64,000 nucleotides of DNA from Entomortierella parvispora E1425 (taxonomy: Eukaryota; Fungi; Mortierellomycota), in NCBI GenBank assembly GCA_020891255.1, contig BQFW01000003.1:124001-188000 (forward strand). The letters run 5' to 3'. Both the position numbers and the translations under genes were made by a program. The notes under the pieces were generated by a model. The model did no database searches, was not told the origin of the DNA, and was given only the letters and a program-made list of their open reading frames with translations. Shown here in pieces: positions 13,351-26,078 of the stretch. Position 1 is the stretch's first letter. The number at the start of each line of letters is the position of its first letter.

Positions 13351-15490
13351 TGATTTCTTCTTTTTTTTTCTTTCTCGATGTTCCTAGTCTGGTGCACGGA
13401 CGCACCTGCAACGGCCTAAAGAGGGTCCACCCTCGCGCACAGGGGCCCTTTTGTCAGGACACACACTAGATTCATCGGGTCGCAAAGCGAGCAGTGCGAC
13501 GACTGTTGCAAACATGTGGGGGCGTGATGGGCCCTCCTGTCTCAAAGACGTGCTCAAGGCTGGACTGGGAGTGTGGAACAGGAGGAACTGCTGCCATTGC
13601 GTCGTCTTGGTCCCATTGAATACAGGGAAAGAAATAGATCACACACACACAGCAGATGATGGGGAAGACCTTGGCCCGGGTGCGGTCTGTTTGTTGTTTT
13701 GTTGCTGTCTCTCTGGTCTATCGCCAGGGATTGAATGGAAGAAAAGCGGGAAGGGTCTGTCTGGTCATTCAATTGCACCTTCTTGCTCGCCACCCTTCGC
13801 CGTCGTCGCTCCTTCTCCCGCTTCGGCAAAGTATTGCGCCCACCGACCTTGTGTCCTCCGGGCTGCACACATGCAGACGAAGAGACGGAAAGACGGAAAG
13901 ATACACACACACGCCATTGACAGCATGATTGATGCACATTTCTCATGCAGCACAAGTGCCTTGCAGCAAACAGTAGCTATCTTCTAATCATTCGCTCATT
14001 CGCTTATTCGTCGATGTGCTGTCGATTCTCTATCTTTCTCCGTCTTTGTACCTCCTTCCCCTCCGCCTCCTCCACTTTGTTTGGTTGCCCCCCACAACCA
14101 CACATCACTCATGCACGCACGCACACGCTCGCACAAACACTTGTTCACAAACAACAACAAGTGCGTGTCTCTTTGCTCTCTTTCTCCAGCGGAGATGAAA
14201 GCCAAAGCGTCAAAGTACTGTACCCCCCAACCAAGAAACTCTCGATGAGAGCATGGTCTGTGAGAGTTATATGAGTGCGCGCCTCCTCTTCCTCCACTTT
14301 GGCCACCAAGAGAGCCTTTTGGTCGAGTCTGCTCCGATGACCAGCGATTGGGCCATTTGGAAGGGCATGCAAGCGACCAAGAAGATAGCAACACGGGCCT
14401 GTTGACCAACCAATTCCCACACAAGGGCTCTATCAAGAAGATTGACGGATCCTTCATCACCCTTCCTTTCCGTTCCCATTGATCCGACTTGTTTTCCTCG
14501 ACGATCTCGGCCCAACAGTCGCTCTGGATGTTCACCTGCACACCCCCGACCACCCCCTGTGGAAACACAAGACAGCCAAGTAGACAAGCGTGGCAGGGCA
14601 AGACAGGGCAAGACAGGGCAGAGTAGGGCAGGGTAGGACAGAGCAGGGCAGGATGGAACCCCTCTCTTCTCTTCCTTTTGCCTCTTGTCTCCCCCTGTCA
14701 AAGCAGACGGACCCACGCAATAGACAGGCAGTTGAATAAAAACGAGTATCTTTTACAATAGAGGAGAGAGAGAAAGAGAGGATAGACCCCCTGGGTGCGT
14801 GTGTCTCTCCCTGTTGTCCTTCTTGGCCCCTTTTCTTTTCTTTTCTTGGTCCTTTCGTTGCCTTTTTTTGTTCCCTTCACTCTTCCCAGCCTGCGTGTTT
14901 CTACCCTCCAACAACCTTGATTCAAACGCATTCGTCATTCGCATCTCCATTCCTTTCCTTTCCTTGGCTGACAACAAAGCCATTCATTCATTTCCACACT
15001 CACAGACACTACTGCCGAGACACACCCACCCTCGTCCAAACTGACACCCAGTCAAACCTCGCTCCAGGAACAACGCGCGCCCCTTCTTCGGCTTTTCCTT
15101 TTTCTTCTTTTTTCTCTTCTTTTTTCTCTTCTTTTTGCCCCTCGTCCTGATTCAGCTCCACTCCCTTTTCTTTCTCTGTCGATTCTCTCTTTGCCTTCCA
15201 CACTCTCCACCGTTTCTTGCCTCTCTCTTCTTCACCTGGTCCGATCTATCCCACCTCCGCATACCCCTCGCCTCCACATCTCTTCCCCTCACCCTCGAAT
15301 CATTGAGTACTTCCGGCTGGGCTTGAAAAACCACTATCGCTCTTCCAAAAAAGCGGACACGTCGAACCATATCCTCTCTTGCTCTCTCTCTCTCTCTCTC
15401 ATTCTTTCTCTCTCTTTCTTCCTATCGTTCGATTCGCTTGCTTGCGCGCGCCCCCGACCTGCAATCAACTCGTTTGTCTCTTGATAAACA

Positions 15491-17812
15491 ATGACCAGCC
15501 AGCAATTGGTCCCGTCCATGTGCGTGGACTATCTGTCCCACCCACTTTCGACAGAACACCTCCTGGTCTGCTACCAACAAATCACTCGTCAGGTTGCCCA
15601 TGCCCCTCAAACTCCAAAGGCGGCTGCTCTCTCGTTCCAACACCAATCCCAACTCCTTTTGGACTTGTTGGGACAACACCACCAAAACCTCGCCATGCCC
15701 TTGACCAAGGAAAGACCCGCCCCCGTTGGCAGCAAGGCCGAGTTGAAACGGATGCAAAATGCCCTCTGGCGTCGCTCTGCACAATCGAGCCTAGCCAAGG
15801 ACGTTCCTCTTGTCCGACCTGAATCATTGAACTGGTAGGTGCACCAACGCCCCTCTCCCCCTTTTGACCTGCATTTATTGCCTTTTGCCCTCTTGATCTG
15901 TGCCAGCCTTTTTTATTTTCTTCCGGATGATTGATAACCGACCGAAAAGTGGGTCAAGGACAAGAGAGCATGTACAAAGGGAGGAAGGGAATGATGTGAT
16001 CTTTTTTGTTCCTCGTCTTTTCATTTGTTCAGAACAAAGGAAGCATACAGGGCTCTCTTTTTTTTTTTTTTGGACCTGCGACAAAAAAGCCTGTTCATCA
16101 TCTACGTCGCATCGACTATTTCCACACCAACAACAACACCACCACCATAACAGCACCCTGTCTCCCCAAAATTCCTTTTCTTTCTTTTTTTGCCCTTTGT
16201 GTTTTTGTTTGTTTACATACAATGCACTGCAACTTAACTAGTGCAAGGCTCTTGGTGCCCTGTGGAAAAAGACCCAAAAGAAAAAAAAATGAAAAAAATT
16301 GAGCGAGTGAGCTTTGGCCACCCGTGCACGAACCCACTGGAGACGCCTCCTCCCCGACCGCGTTTAAATTTATTCCACCTATGCTAACCTTGATTAAACT
16401 ATCCCACCAATAGGCAGAAAGAGTGCGACGTGCTTTGGCTCTATGGACCCCTCTACAGCCTGGGGCTCGTTCCCTCGACGGACCAATTGGACATCCCTAG
16501 TAAATCGCCACAGACGAATCCCCAGAGCCCTTCATTGTCGATGTCACCACTCGCGGACGAGGGTGCGTCCACCACCAGGGAAACATCATCAGCTACTGCT
16601 ACACCCATGGAGACTATCTCGGAGCTATCAGGATGGGAATCAGCGTCGTCTGATAAGAAAGTGTCACCCCTCCCCGACTCTTCAGTATCTTTTGCCCCCC
16701 ACCACTCCACCACACCGACTTTGGCGGATTCAAATAACTCGCCTATTATCAATACCCCCACCATGCAGTCAAACCATCCCGCAAGGTCAATGGCCTCCCG
16801 TCCAAAGTCGGCCTTGAAGCGACAGCGGACGAAACAACAAGTGCTTGATGAATTGCGAGCGTTCACACGCAGTGCGGGCTATGCGGCTTGGAATCAGGCC
16901 CTCGCTGTCTCCTCGTCAGGGTCCGACTCTAATACCATGGCTCTTGTGGAGGGGTCTCAATCAGAGCCAATCTCGCCCATCACCACCAGCCCCGCATCTT
17001 TTATTCTGCCCATCTTTCCATCCCCGACCAAATACCACTTTCGCAGTCAAGATCGGCGTCGCGCGTCCTTTCCCAAATCAGCCAGTCACCCGAACCATCT
17101 TAACTTGAACGTCAACGTGAACATGAGCGTGAGCATGCAAGACCGAAACAACAGTCCGCCCATGCCCAAGCATTTGCGCTTCAGTATGGAGGTCCAGGAG
17201 CTTGTTTTTTTGCAAAGCTCCCCTCCTTTCCGCATCTCGCGAGCAAAGCCCACCAGAGCCCATTCCGACCCCGCTATCCTATCGTCGAACTGCTCGTCCT
17301 TCATTGCGCCATCGCATCCAACCAATGAGGTGATGCAAGGCTCGTCCTCCTCGTCCCCACCTCTGTACACGAACCCGTCAATTGATAACCTCACCCAGCA
17401 GCTGGGCAATCTGATTACCACGGCAACAGCCTCCGGCTCTTTGTACGATAACACAACGACGACGTTCATCAAGGTGCGCGCTCACGATTTCCGAGGCTTG
17501 GGTATCAACGAGGATGATATTCCAGAGTGCGGGTTCAATGACGATTTCTCGGACGAGTACCTGTTTGAAGATTGTCGCGAGGACGACGACGATGACGAGT
17601 TTGATATTGATGATGGCTGTGGTCTGGTGGAGAAACAAAATGGATCATCCCGACTCTCGGCCAAAGATGGCATTGTGGCGCGTCGAATTCAGGCCGAAGA
17701 CCGTCAGCGCCATGCACCGGGCGTGTTTTGGCAAGTTTACACGGCCGTCACGGGCGTGAAGGAACTGATCGCGTGGTATGGCTCAATGGTCTATCATAGT
17801 TCGTCGCTCTAA
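15491..17812 (+). CDS. Reg1-like / DUF1752-type protein, candidate PP1 regulatory subunit
   Basis: Exon 15491-15834 joins exon 16414-17812 across a 579-nt GT-AG intron, restoring NW|QKECDVLWLYGPLY. Motifs CVDYLSH...KRMQNALWRR match the Reg1-type N-terminal domain; KSALK and KHLRF resemble PP1-docking motifs. Confidence 0.75.
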
Positions 17813-19139
17813 ACGCCATGCGATCCCTTCACCCCCCCCCCCCCACCCTTTCTCCCCCCTCTCTCTGTCTTTTGATTTTCTTTTTACCCCCAGAAACCGT
17901 TTTGTTCTCGACGTGTTTTTTTATCTTTTCATTTTGTATATCCTTTTTTTTTGTTTGTTTGTTTTTTGTTACATGTTCAACACCACTTCCCATCCCATAC
18001 CATCCATTTCTTGATACTTTCTTTCCTTCGCTTTTCTCACTTGTTTGTCATACCCCCAAAACAGACCGGTTTTGTCATGTTCACGCCATTTGTACTTCAA
18101 AAGAAAAAAAAACAAACAAGCTGAAAAACATCACAATCATTCCTTCAGGCAAGCCTGCACCATCGCAACATTACACGTTCTTCCTATTCTTTCCTTCGCA
18201 TCTCACTTTTTCTCATGTTTTGACTCTACTGTACATACCCATTTTGAAGTAAAATAAAAAGGTCGCGATGTTTTTTAAAGCTGTTTGATGTCTTGATTAG
18301 AATGTGCAGGGCTGTTGTGGACCGTGTCGTCCTCCCGAAGGGATCGAACCAAACACAAAGTTGCGGACATGCAGGACCAAGGGGGGTGCAACGAAGGGGT
18401 GTTGGCCACTTTTCTGATTGTAAAGATGATACCTTTCTAGCCTTGTCTGCATTCAGCGAATGCATTTCGAAATGGCCATGATGAAAAAATCGAATTCTGC
18501 AGGACTCTGCAGCCCCCTGGTCTGCCTTTTCTCTTCTTTGCCTATCGTACCAAACAGCTGTCTGGGAATGCCTTTTAGTTCTCTCTCCTGTTCCTGTCCA
18601 AGATCCACCCGTTTTTTGTGCCAACGTTTCCCATATCCGTAGAGATACGACATAGACTATAATTAGCAGAGGTACGAGGAGAAGCAAGGTAAATGCCTCA
18701 ATGTGGAGATGTGGAAGAGAAGCCAGAATGGCTACCCCAAGCTTTTGTGTTCATCCCCCCTCCCCCCTCCCCCCTCCGTTGTTTTTGTCATTCTAGATCT
18801 CCAAGGGGACAAAGTGAGGTATGGAAACGGTGTTTCCGGCTTACTTTTGCAACGCCCTTCCTTCGTCCTTTACGACCCTGTTCCAATATTTAAAGAAGCA
18901 CTCACTCGTCACCGACACTCGTCCGACAACGAACCTTTGCTCAATACAACACCTTCAACATCGACCACTCTACACGCAGGTAACTTTTGAAATGAAAAAG
19001 TGCGGCCACCGTACTCCAAGTTTTCGATTTTGCAACACGCGAACACTTTCCGTCCCAACTCCATATTCACAACCCTCTACAATCGTTCCATCTAGGTTGA
19101 AAAAGATATCCTCCCGCAACCAACAACAAACCATATACA

Positions 19140-19412
19140 ATGATGTTGAGATTGGCTGCTATTGCTGCTTGTATTGTCGTCCAAGTAGTGTCTGCTAGCA
19201 ACGTTACTATCGCCAACGGGTCAGCAGGTAGCATCTATGTGCTAATCGAAGGAACCACAGGTGGATTGGTCGAAATGAAGTCGCAACAGACTCAAACGTT
19301 TACCAATACGCCTGACACAACTGTAGCTTTCGTGTCGAACAGTACCACAGCCGGCAGCCCGGTCCAGGCATTTGTCGTAGCTAATTCAGCTACTTTTAAT
19401 TATACATCTTAG
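19140..19412 (+). CDS. Small secreted protein of unknown function (90 aa)
   Basis: Intronless ORF; hydrophobic signal peptide MMLRLAAIAACIVVQVVSA; beta-strand-like mature part with four N-glycosylation sequons (NVT, NGS, NST, NYT). Confidence 0.7.
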   Translation: MMLRLAAIAACIVVQVVSASNVTIANGSAGSIYVLIEGTTGGLVEMKSQQTQTFTNTPDTTVAFVSNSTTAGSPVQAFVVANSATFNYTS

Positions 19413-20331
19413 TCCAAAAAAAAAAAAAAAAACACCTTTGGGGCATTGGCTCTCCACTTGTTCAATACACATCGAGTTACAAATAATGCTCCAGCAGTTG
19501 GAAGATGTCCTTTGAAGGGCGAACAATGACTCAAAGAGAAGGAAAAAGAAAAGAACCACGAAACCTGACGTGACTCAAAAGTTCCTCATCTTTTCGTCTG
19601 GGAACCCTCAATTTTTTACCATCTTGAACATTCGTTCTCCTCCCTTTCACTGTTGTTAGTTGCTCTTTTTCCATTGTAACACCTCCTGCTGCTTTCAAAA
19701 AAAAAAAAGAAAAAAAAAATCACGAAACGCGACGTGGACGCGACTGTCCTCTGTCCCTTCACCCTTTCCTTGAGCAGACTCCAAGTCTCGAGCACCATGT
19801 TTCTCCTTCCTTCATCTTGTTCGTCTTCTCACCATCGCACAGACCTGCAACCTAGGGGAAAAAAAACAAGAGCAAGAACATGAAGCTTACTTGCGATAGA
19901 CTGCGCACAGAGAAGCTCTCGCCGGGGCAAAGAGGGCGAGCAGCAGAGACACGGACGCAGAGATACACAGATTTGGTCACGGACAGAATGCACCGCCCTC
20001 CATTTGTTCATTCATTCCATTCCATTCATTCCATTACCTCTCATTTGTTGTCATCCGGTCGACTTCATTTTCCTTCATTCTGTTTTCACTGGCTGTGACT
20101 CTTTTGCAGTATTGCATCTTTTGTCCTTCAGCACTGCTTTGCTCTCTCGTTTCTTGTCTTGTCTGCCCTTCTCTTCCTCCTCGCTGCACTGCAACAACGT
20201 CGCCTCCGCCTCTGTATCTACTTGTCTATCTACTTGTCTATCTCCTAGTCTCTCTATCCGGCTATCTATCACCCCTACTTCACCTCCACATCCTTGGCAC
20301 CATCCACGGGAACACAGGGTCTTCTCTCGTC

Positions 20332-21274
20332 ATGTGGATCCCATTCCCCTATACCAGCCCATCGTCCTCCTCTGCAGGTGCAGACGGTTCTGGAATAGCC
20401 TGGACCATCTCCCAGCCACAGCCCAGTGTCATAACGCCCAACAGTAAGGACTTGGCTTCCTCCTCCTCCTCCTCCTCCTTATCGTCGTTTCTTCTCTCCT
20501 GGGTCTTCCTTGTCTGATCTTGAGCCACTTCTTCCTTTCTATCTTTCCCTACGTCGCCATTGGGGCACAGCAGCATCCACAAGACACCAAGCCATATCTT
20601 TTCTATTGCCAATCATCATCATTGGCGTCTTTCTCGCCATTGTAGGCTCAACTCTTTTGATTGCACAATGTCTCTACAGAAGGATAAAGACCCTCCATAT
20701 CACCTCTTCTGCTTTCGGTACCGGCTCTTCCTCCTGGAGAAGCTATTACTCCCCCAACGGAATCCAGGATGACAATGGCGACGACGACGACGGGTTGGAG
20801 CGGGGAGAACGAGAACGACTCTTGGAGAGACGTCAGAGCACGTCCTACTTCAACACCAACCGCACCCGTGCCCCTGTTCCCGTCATCATCCGACACGACA
20901 CCCATGGCCGACCCATCTCGACCTGGTCGACAGCGAGCTCTGTGGCGGCCAGGCGAGGCGAGGAGCTGTCCAAGTGGACTCGACGCAGGGATGACCTGAT
21001 CCAGATTTATGGCAGAAGCAGTCAGCTGTACACAAGTGGTACCGAGGATGCAGACGTGGGCGAGGGCAGAGCAGACGAGGACGAGGACGAGCGAGGGGAC
21101 ACGGCGGATGTGAATGTGAAAGGGGGCAAAGAAATCACTTTTGCGGTGGGGCACAGTCCAGCACCCCCCATCCAGGGTGTGCACGCGCACGACCACGAGA
21201 ACGCGCACACGCACACACGCATGCAAAGTGACTTGTCGTGGACAGAGACAGAGACGGTGCCGGATCGGCGATAG
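20332..21274 (+). CDS. Hypothetical single-pass membrane protein
   Basis: Exon 20332-20443 and exon 20571-21274 (GTAAGG...CACAG, phase 1). One TM helix ISFLLPIIIIGVFLAIVGSTLLIA followed by basic residues and an acidic low-complexity tail. Confidence 0.65.
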
Positions 21275-21902
21275 GGGGAGCCAGGCTGGCATCCGTTGGT
21301 CCTGGCATCCTTTGGAAGCGACAGATAGTCATTCGCAATAATAAAAAAAAACTTGTATATACCACAGGGGGTCTCGACTGTGACCGGATAACACGCACCA
21401 TCGCACTCCCGAGTGGCGACCAGTCAGGACAGGCAGGGGTGGAAACAGTGCTGCTTCGGCAAGCACAGGGCACGATAGCACTGCAGGGTGGACCTTCCTT
21501 CCAGACCAGAGCGGGAGGAAAAGAGAAACGGTTGTTGAACTTGGTCTTCCTTCCCACTGTTTGTCGCACAGGGCATGGACTCTTTTCTTCTATTTCCTTC
21601 CCAAGCTTGCCCATCCCTGATCCTGCTTGCTTGCTCGTTCGCCTGTCTGTTGGCCGTCTTCGCCTTGGCAGGGTCTCTTCGCGTCATTTTCGTTTCATTT
21701 CGCCTGTTTTTCCCACTCTCTCCCTGTCTCTCTCTCGTTTTTTCTTTTTTTTTCTATCCCGTCCTCCCACACTTTCTCAGACAACAACAACAACAACAAA
21801 CAACCACTCTTCAACTGCGATCGCAATCCACATTCAACTTGCACATTCAAGAGACGCTGCGACGCGCATTCATCTCTGTTCATCGCGAGGAATCAAAACA
21901 AC

Positions 21903-24016
21903 ATGAGAATCGATTACCTCTCCAAGGTCGGGGCGGCCGTCACGGCCTTTTTTGCACCGCCCTCGTTCCCACACCGTGTGGGTGGTCAAGCACTCGTCAA
22001 GGAGCTCTACCCTGTCAAATCCGTCGCCGTCATTGGTAAAGTACCCGATAGAGAGAGAGAGAGAGAGAGAGAGAAGAGAAGACATCCTTCTCGTGTTGTC
22101 TTCTTTGACCGAGACAGAGACGCGTCTCTTGTGATGCCTTGCAGCGTAAGCATGCACTCAAAGGGGCTGACGCTCTCTTTTTCTTTCGTTTTTTTTTCAT
22201 GGTCCGCTTTTGACAGGTGCAGGCGCAGGGGGCTCATCAGCCGCGTACTATCTCAGCAACTTTTTGCAACCGCCTCAATCCGGCCGTAAGCTGGAGCACA
22301 CGATCACGATCTTTGAGCAGTCGGACAAGATTGGCGGTCGATGCATGGCCTTCAAGGTGCGGAACCCCGGCGAAAAAGACGAGTATGTCGAGGTCGGCGC
22401 CAGCATCTTTGTCAGGGTCAACTACAACCTCTTTGACGCCACCCAGGACTTTGGATTAAAGACCAAACCCCTGGACGATGAAAAACTGGCCATCTGGGAT
22501 GGGCATCGGTTTGTGTTTGAGGAGAGTCAGTGGACGTTTTGGAATATCTGGCAGGGACTGCGGCGCTGGGGCCTTGCACCCATGAAGGTAACAAGGAGAC
22601 CTCTCTTTTTTTTTCCTTCTTGGCTGTTGTTTGCTTTATTTTCATCGTCAGGAACAGTGTCTGATCATCCTTTGGTTTCTTCCATGCTTATCTTTTCCAG
22701 TTCCAACGATTGTTGAAAAAGACGATTGGAAATCTATTGGAGAGTTACAGCTCTGTCGAGTCTTTCCCGAGCGTGGCCGAGTTCATGGAGCGCTTCAACT
22801 TGAAACAGCCCGCGGCTGTGCACTCGCACCTCTACCTCCAGGACAACAACATTGACCGTCTTTTCAGCGAGGAGGTGATCGAGGTCGCCACCCGAGTCAA
22901 TTACGGATCCAACTTGGATCAGATTCACGGTTTGGGGGCTTTGGTCTCCATGGCCGCCGACAATGCCTTGCAGGTTCAGGACGGCAACTTTCAGATCTTT
23001 GAAGGGATGGTCGCCCGGAGTCAGGCCCAGGTTCGACTGAATACAAAGGTCACTCGGGTCAAGAAACTGGCTCCCGAATACGAAGGCGCCGAAAGTCGTT
23101 TCGAGATCACGACCTTGAACGGACAAAAGGATATCTTTGACGCCATTATCATTGCTGCTCCTATCGTAAGTGGTTGACCCCCCTCCTTCTGTCTTCTTTG
23201 CCCGCATCTGTTTTTTTTTTTCTCACGCGGAAAAATCATCTCACATTATGTTCTTTTTCCGATGATAGCAATCCATGGACATTGACTTTGACCTGGACTT
23301 GCCTCCTCTCCCCAAAGTCAATTACCGGACGGTCCACGCGACGTTTGTCCGTGGCTTTGTTGACCCCACGTACTTTAACGTCGCCTCCACCGACAAGTTC
23401 CCAGCCCATATCCTCACCACCAATGCGGATGCCGAGTTTACATCCTTGAGCATCCAAGTCAAGCTGTCGACGGGCGAGACCGTGACAAAGATCTTTTCTC
23501 CCGAGCCCGTGCCGGAGGAGCTCCTGGATCGACTCTACACCAATAGGACCTGGGTCAAACACAAGGCCTGGAAGGCTTACCCTGAACTGGCCCCCTTGAA
23601 TCTGTTGTCCACAGAATCGGCCCAGGATGCCTTTGCGCAGTTGCAACAGGATCAACAACAGGTTGTCCTAGAGACTTTGCAACAGGAAAACCAAAGACGT
23701 GCGGCGGCTTGGGGTCAGATCGAGGTCGTCCCTGGCGTGTTCTACCTCAATTCGTTCGAGCCTCTCATCTCGGTAAGATGAACGAACAAACAACCGGAAA
23801 CTGTCCCTTGAAAGAGGAAAGGGCAAAAGGATCCGTCAAAGATGCATGCCCCTGTCTCTAATATCTTTTTGTCTTTGCCTTTTTTTTTTTTTTTTTCCTT
23901 AGACCATGGAAACAGAGACAGTTGCAGGAAAGAACATTGCCAGATTGGTTCGGGACCGCATTCTAGGTTACTGTGCCGCAGAAAAGGTGGACAAGAAGAG
24001 GAGGAGGGCGCTGTAA
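21903..24016 (+). CDS. PCYOX1: Prenylcysteine oxidase/lyase
   Basis: FAD-binding motif VAVIG|AGAGGSSAAYYL restored by splicing; ITIFEQSDKIGGR; VEVGASIFVRVNYNL; C-terminal YLNSFEPLIS|TMETETVAGKNIARL. Five exons traced; stop at 24016. Confidence 0.92.
22050..22075. repeat. (GA)n microsatellite in PCYOX1 intron 1
   Basis: GA dinucleotide run seen directly. Confidence 0.9.
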
Positions 24017-24420
24017 AATGATGGATGCCGCGTTAAGGCAACAAACAACGCGTCGAGTTTTGACAGATTTGTAAATATCGTCTTTCAATAAACACAACTG
24101 AGCAGTACCCTGTTGGGATCCTCGGTGGAGAGCGTTCAGACTGAGCCTTTCAGCAGGCCGCTGTGCTCTTCCAACATGCACCCACTGCCGAAGACACTTT
24201 TGGTCGATTTTTTTCCTCAAATGAAGGAGATGGGGTGCCAAAAAAAAAAATTCATCCCCTGCATTTCCGTTCATCCTAGAAGTTTTTGCCCATCCATTGC
24301 ATTCATCAAAACAATTCGACCTTGTTCCCCTTTTCGTTGTAATGTTCATTGTGCTTTTTGTTTCTTCTTCACTTTGGAGACTGACGCGTCTTCTTTTATT
24401 ATTGCCTATGTCATAGTGAT

Positions 24421-26078
24421 ATGCAAGCCAAGGAAATTCTCTCAAAACTCTCATTGACAAAACATGAGACCAAGAAGCATCAACGCGAACGATTCATCCG
24501 CATGGAGTCACTTCCAGATGAGGATGCAGGTCTTGTTTTCTGGGAAGTATGTGAAAAATGATCGAGAAGTAAGTTGAAGGACATATTTTTCGACTATGGA
24601 TTCCAACCCTTTTCTTCTATTTGTAGGATTATTGTGACCTTCATAACTGGCCCAGGATGCCCACCTCGGCAAAAATACACCAATACGCGAGGGAGTTCGT
24701 GAGCGAGAAGAACAAGGAGATTCGCAGCCGATGGACTGATGTGGATCATATTGACGCCCATGACTTGCTCTTCAAACCAGTCGCTCGGTTCATGTATCGA
24801 AGCCTGGCCGAGAGCGACAGTCATTCGCGCAATGATCCTGAAGAACTGCAACCACGACGCTCACGGCCCACATCTCCTAAAGTTACGCAACAGTCTCGCT
24901 CATGGAAAGCGCGTACTCAATGTCTGCAACAACAACCCTCCCTGAATGCGGCTGCAGCGTCCTTTGCAACCCTTCCTCCAGAGCTTCACTTTATGATTGC
25001 CGCGCTCCTCACCCGCAAGCAGGATCTCTATTCCTGCACTCTTGTCAGCCGCGATTGGCATCAAATTCTCAACCCCATTCTTTGGAACAACATCGAAGAC
25101 GACTGTCCATCCGAAATCCGCATACGGATATTGACTTTTGTCGACAAGGTGCTCGGCACAGGATCGTTACAGAAATACGGACACCTCATCCAGACACTCA
25201 AAATCAAGTGCAGGAAGGACGACTTGGAGCTGTTCATGGACGAAGCACCCGACAAGTTTTCGCGACTGCATTCCATTGAGCTGATCGGGAACGATTACAG
25301 CGATGATGTCATTGCAAATCTCTTGCGCCAATGTTCTCGACAATGTGGTGGTGTGGGTCCGCGACGTGTAGTCTTCAACATTGATGATTGTTTGATTGGG
25401 GAGAAGAGCGAGATTGGCTTTGGGCCAGAGTCTGCCAGGGCGTTGAAGGACCATTTTCCGACACTGGAGGTGCTTCGCGCCGAGGGTGCCGTGTTCTCAA
25501 GCAAAGAAATCAAAAAACTGTTATGCTCAACCCCCAAGCTCCGGGAATTCAACATCCTACCCAAGGATCCCGAACAGGCACCCTGGTTAGGCTTTCCAAG
25601 CTCGCTAAGGGCAAGTGATACCGCCCACCCGAATTGGGCTTGCACGTCGCTTGTGGTCTTTGGTTGCCCTGTCACAGGAATACCATATGGCGAATACGGG
25701 AAACTGATGGACTGTGTTCAACAAAAGAGGATTGAGCTCCACAAAAGTGTGTACTCCCAACTGGCCCGATTGACGCACCTTGAAGAGCTCCGACTGGGAA
25801 CTCATTACGACCCAGATAATATGGACTCCTTTAGCGATGACTATGACGAGTGGAATGACAGACAATATGACTGCCTCTCTATGACTCTTGAGAGCGGACT
25901 GGATATGCTCAAGAGACTCAAGAACTTGCGGGTCGTAGATCTGGAGGGTATGGACGTCGGTATCGACGGAGAAGGTGAACAAAAGTGGGTCGCGGAGCAC
26001 TGGCCAAAGGCAAGTGTCCTCACTTCATCCGATGACACTGAGGAAGATGGAGGAGGGCTGTATGTCCTTATTGAGTAG
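24421..26078 (+). CDS. F-box / leucine-rich-repeat (RNI-like) protein with an extra N-terminal domain, about 525 aa
   Basis: F-box FATLPPELHFMIAALL..DLYSCTLVSRDWHQILNPILW, LRR-like region and C-terminal CLSMTLESGLDML..LKNLRV...EQKWVAEHWP. Upstream exon 24421-24546 splices (GTATGT...TTGTAG, 80 nt) in frame to 24627, extending the tracked ORF by 52 aa. Confidence 0.85.

Noticed and set aside
13400-15400. Many short ORFs in the PRP24/Reg1-like divergent gap
   Set aside because: No coding bias, domain motif or consistent splice structure; treated as regulatory or UTR sequence.
18331-18350. GGTTCGATCCC T-loop-like motif on the minus strand
   Set aside because: The flanks do not form a T-stem and no cloverleaf or acceptor stem can be built, so it is not a tRNA.
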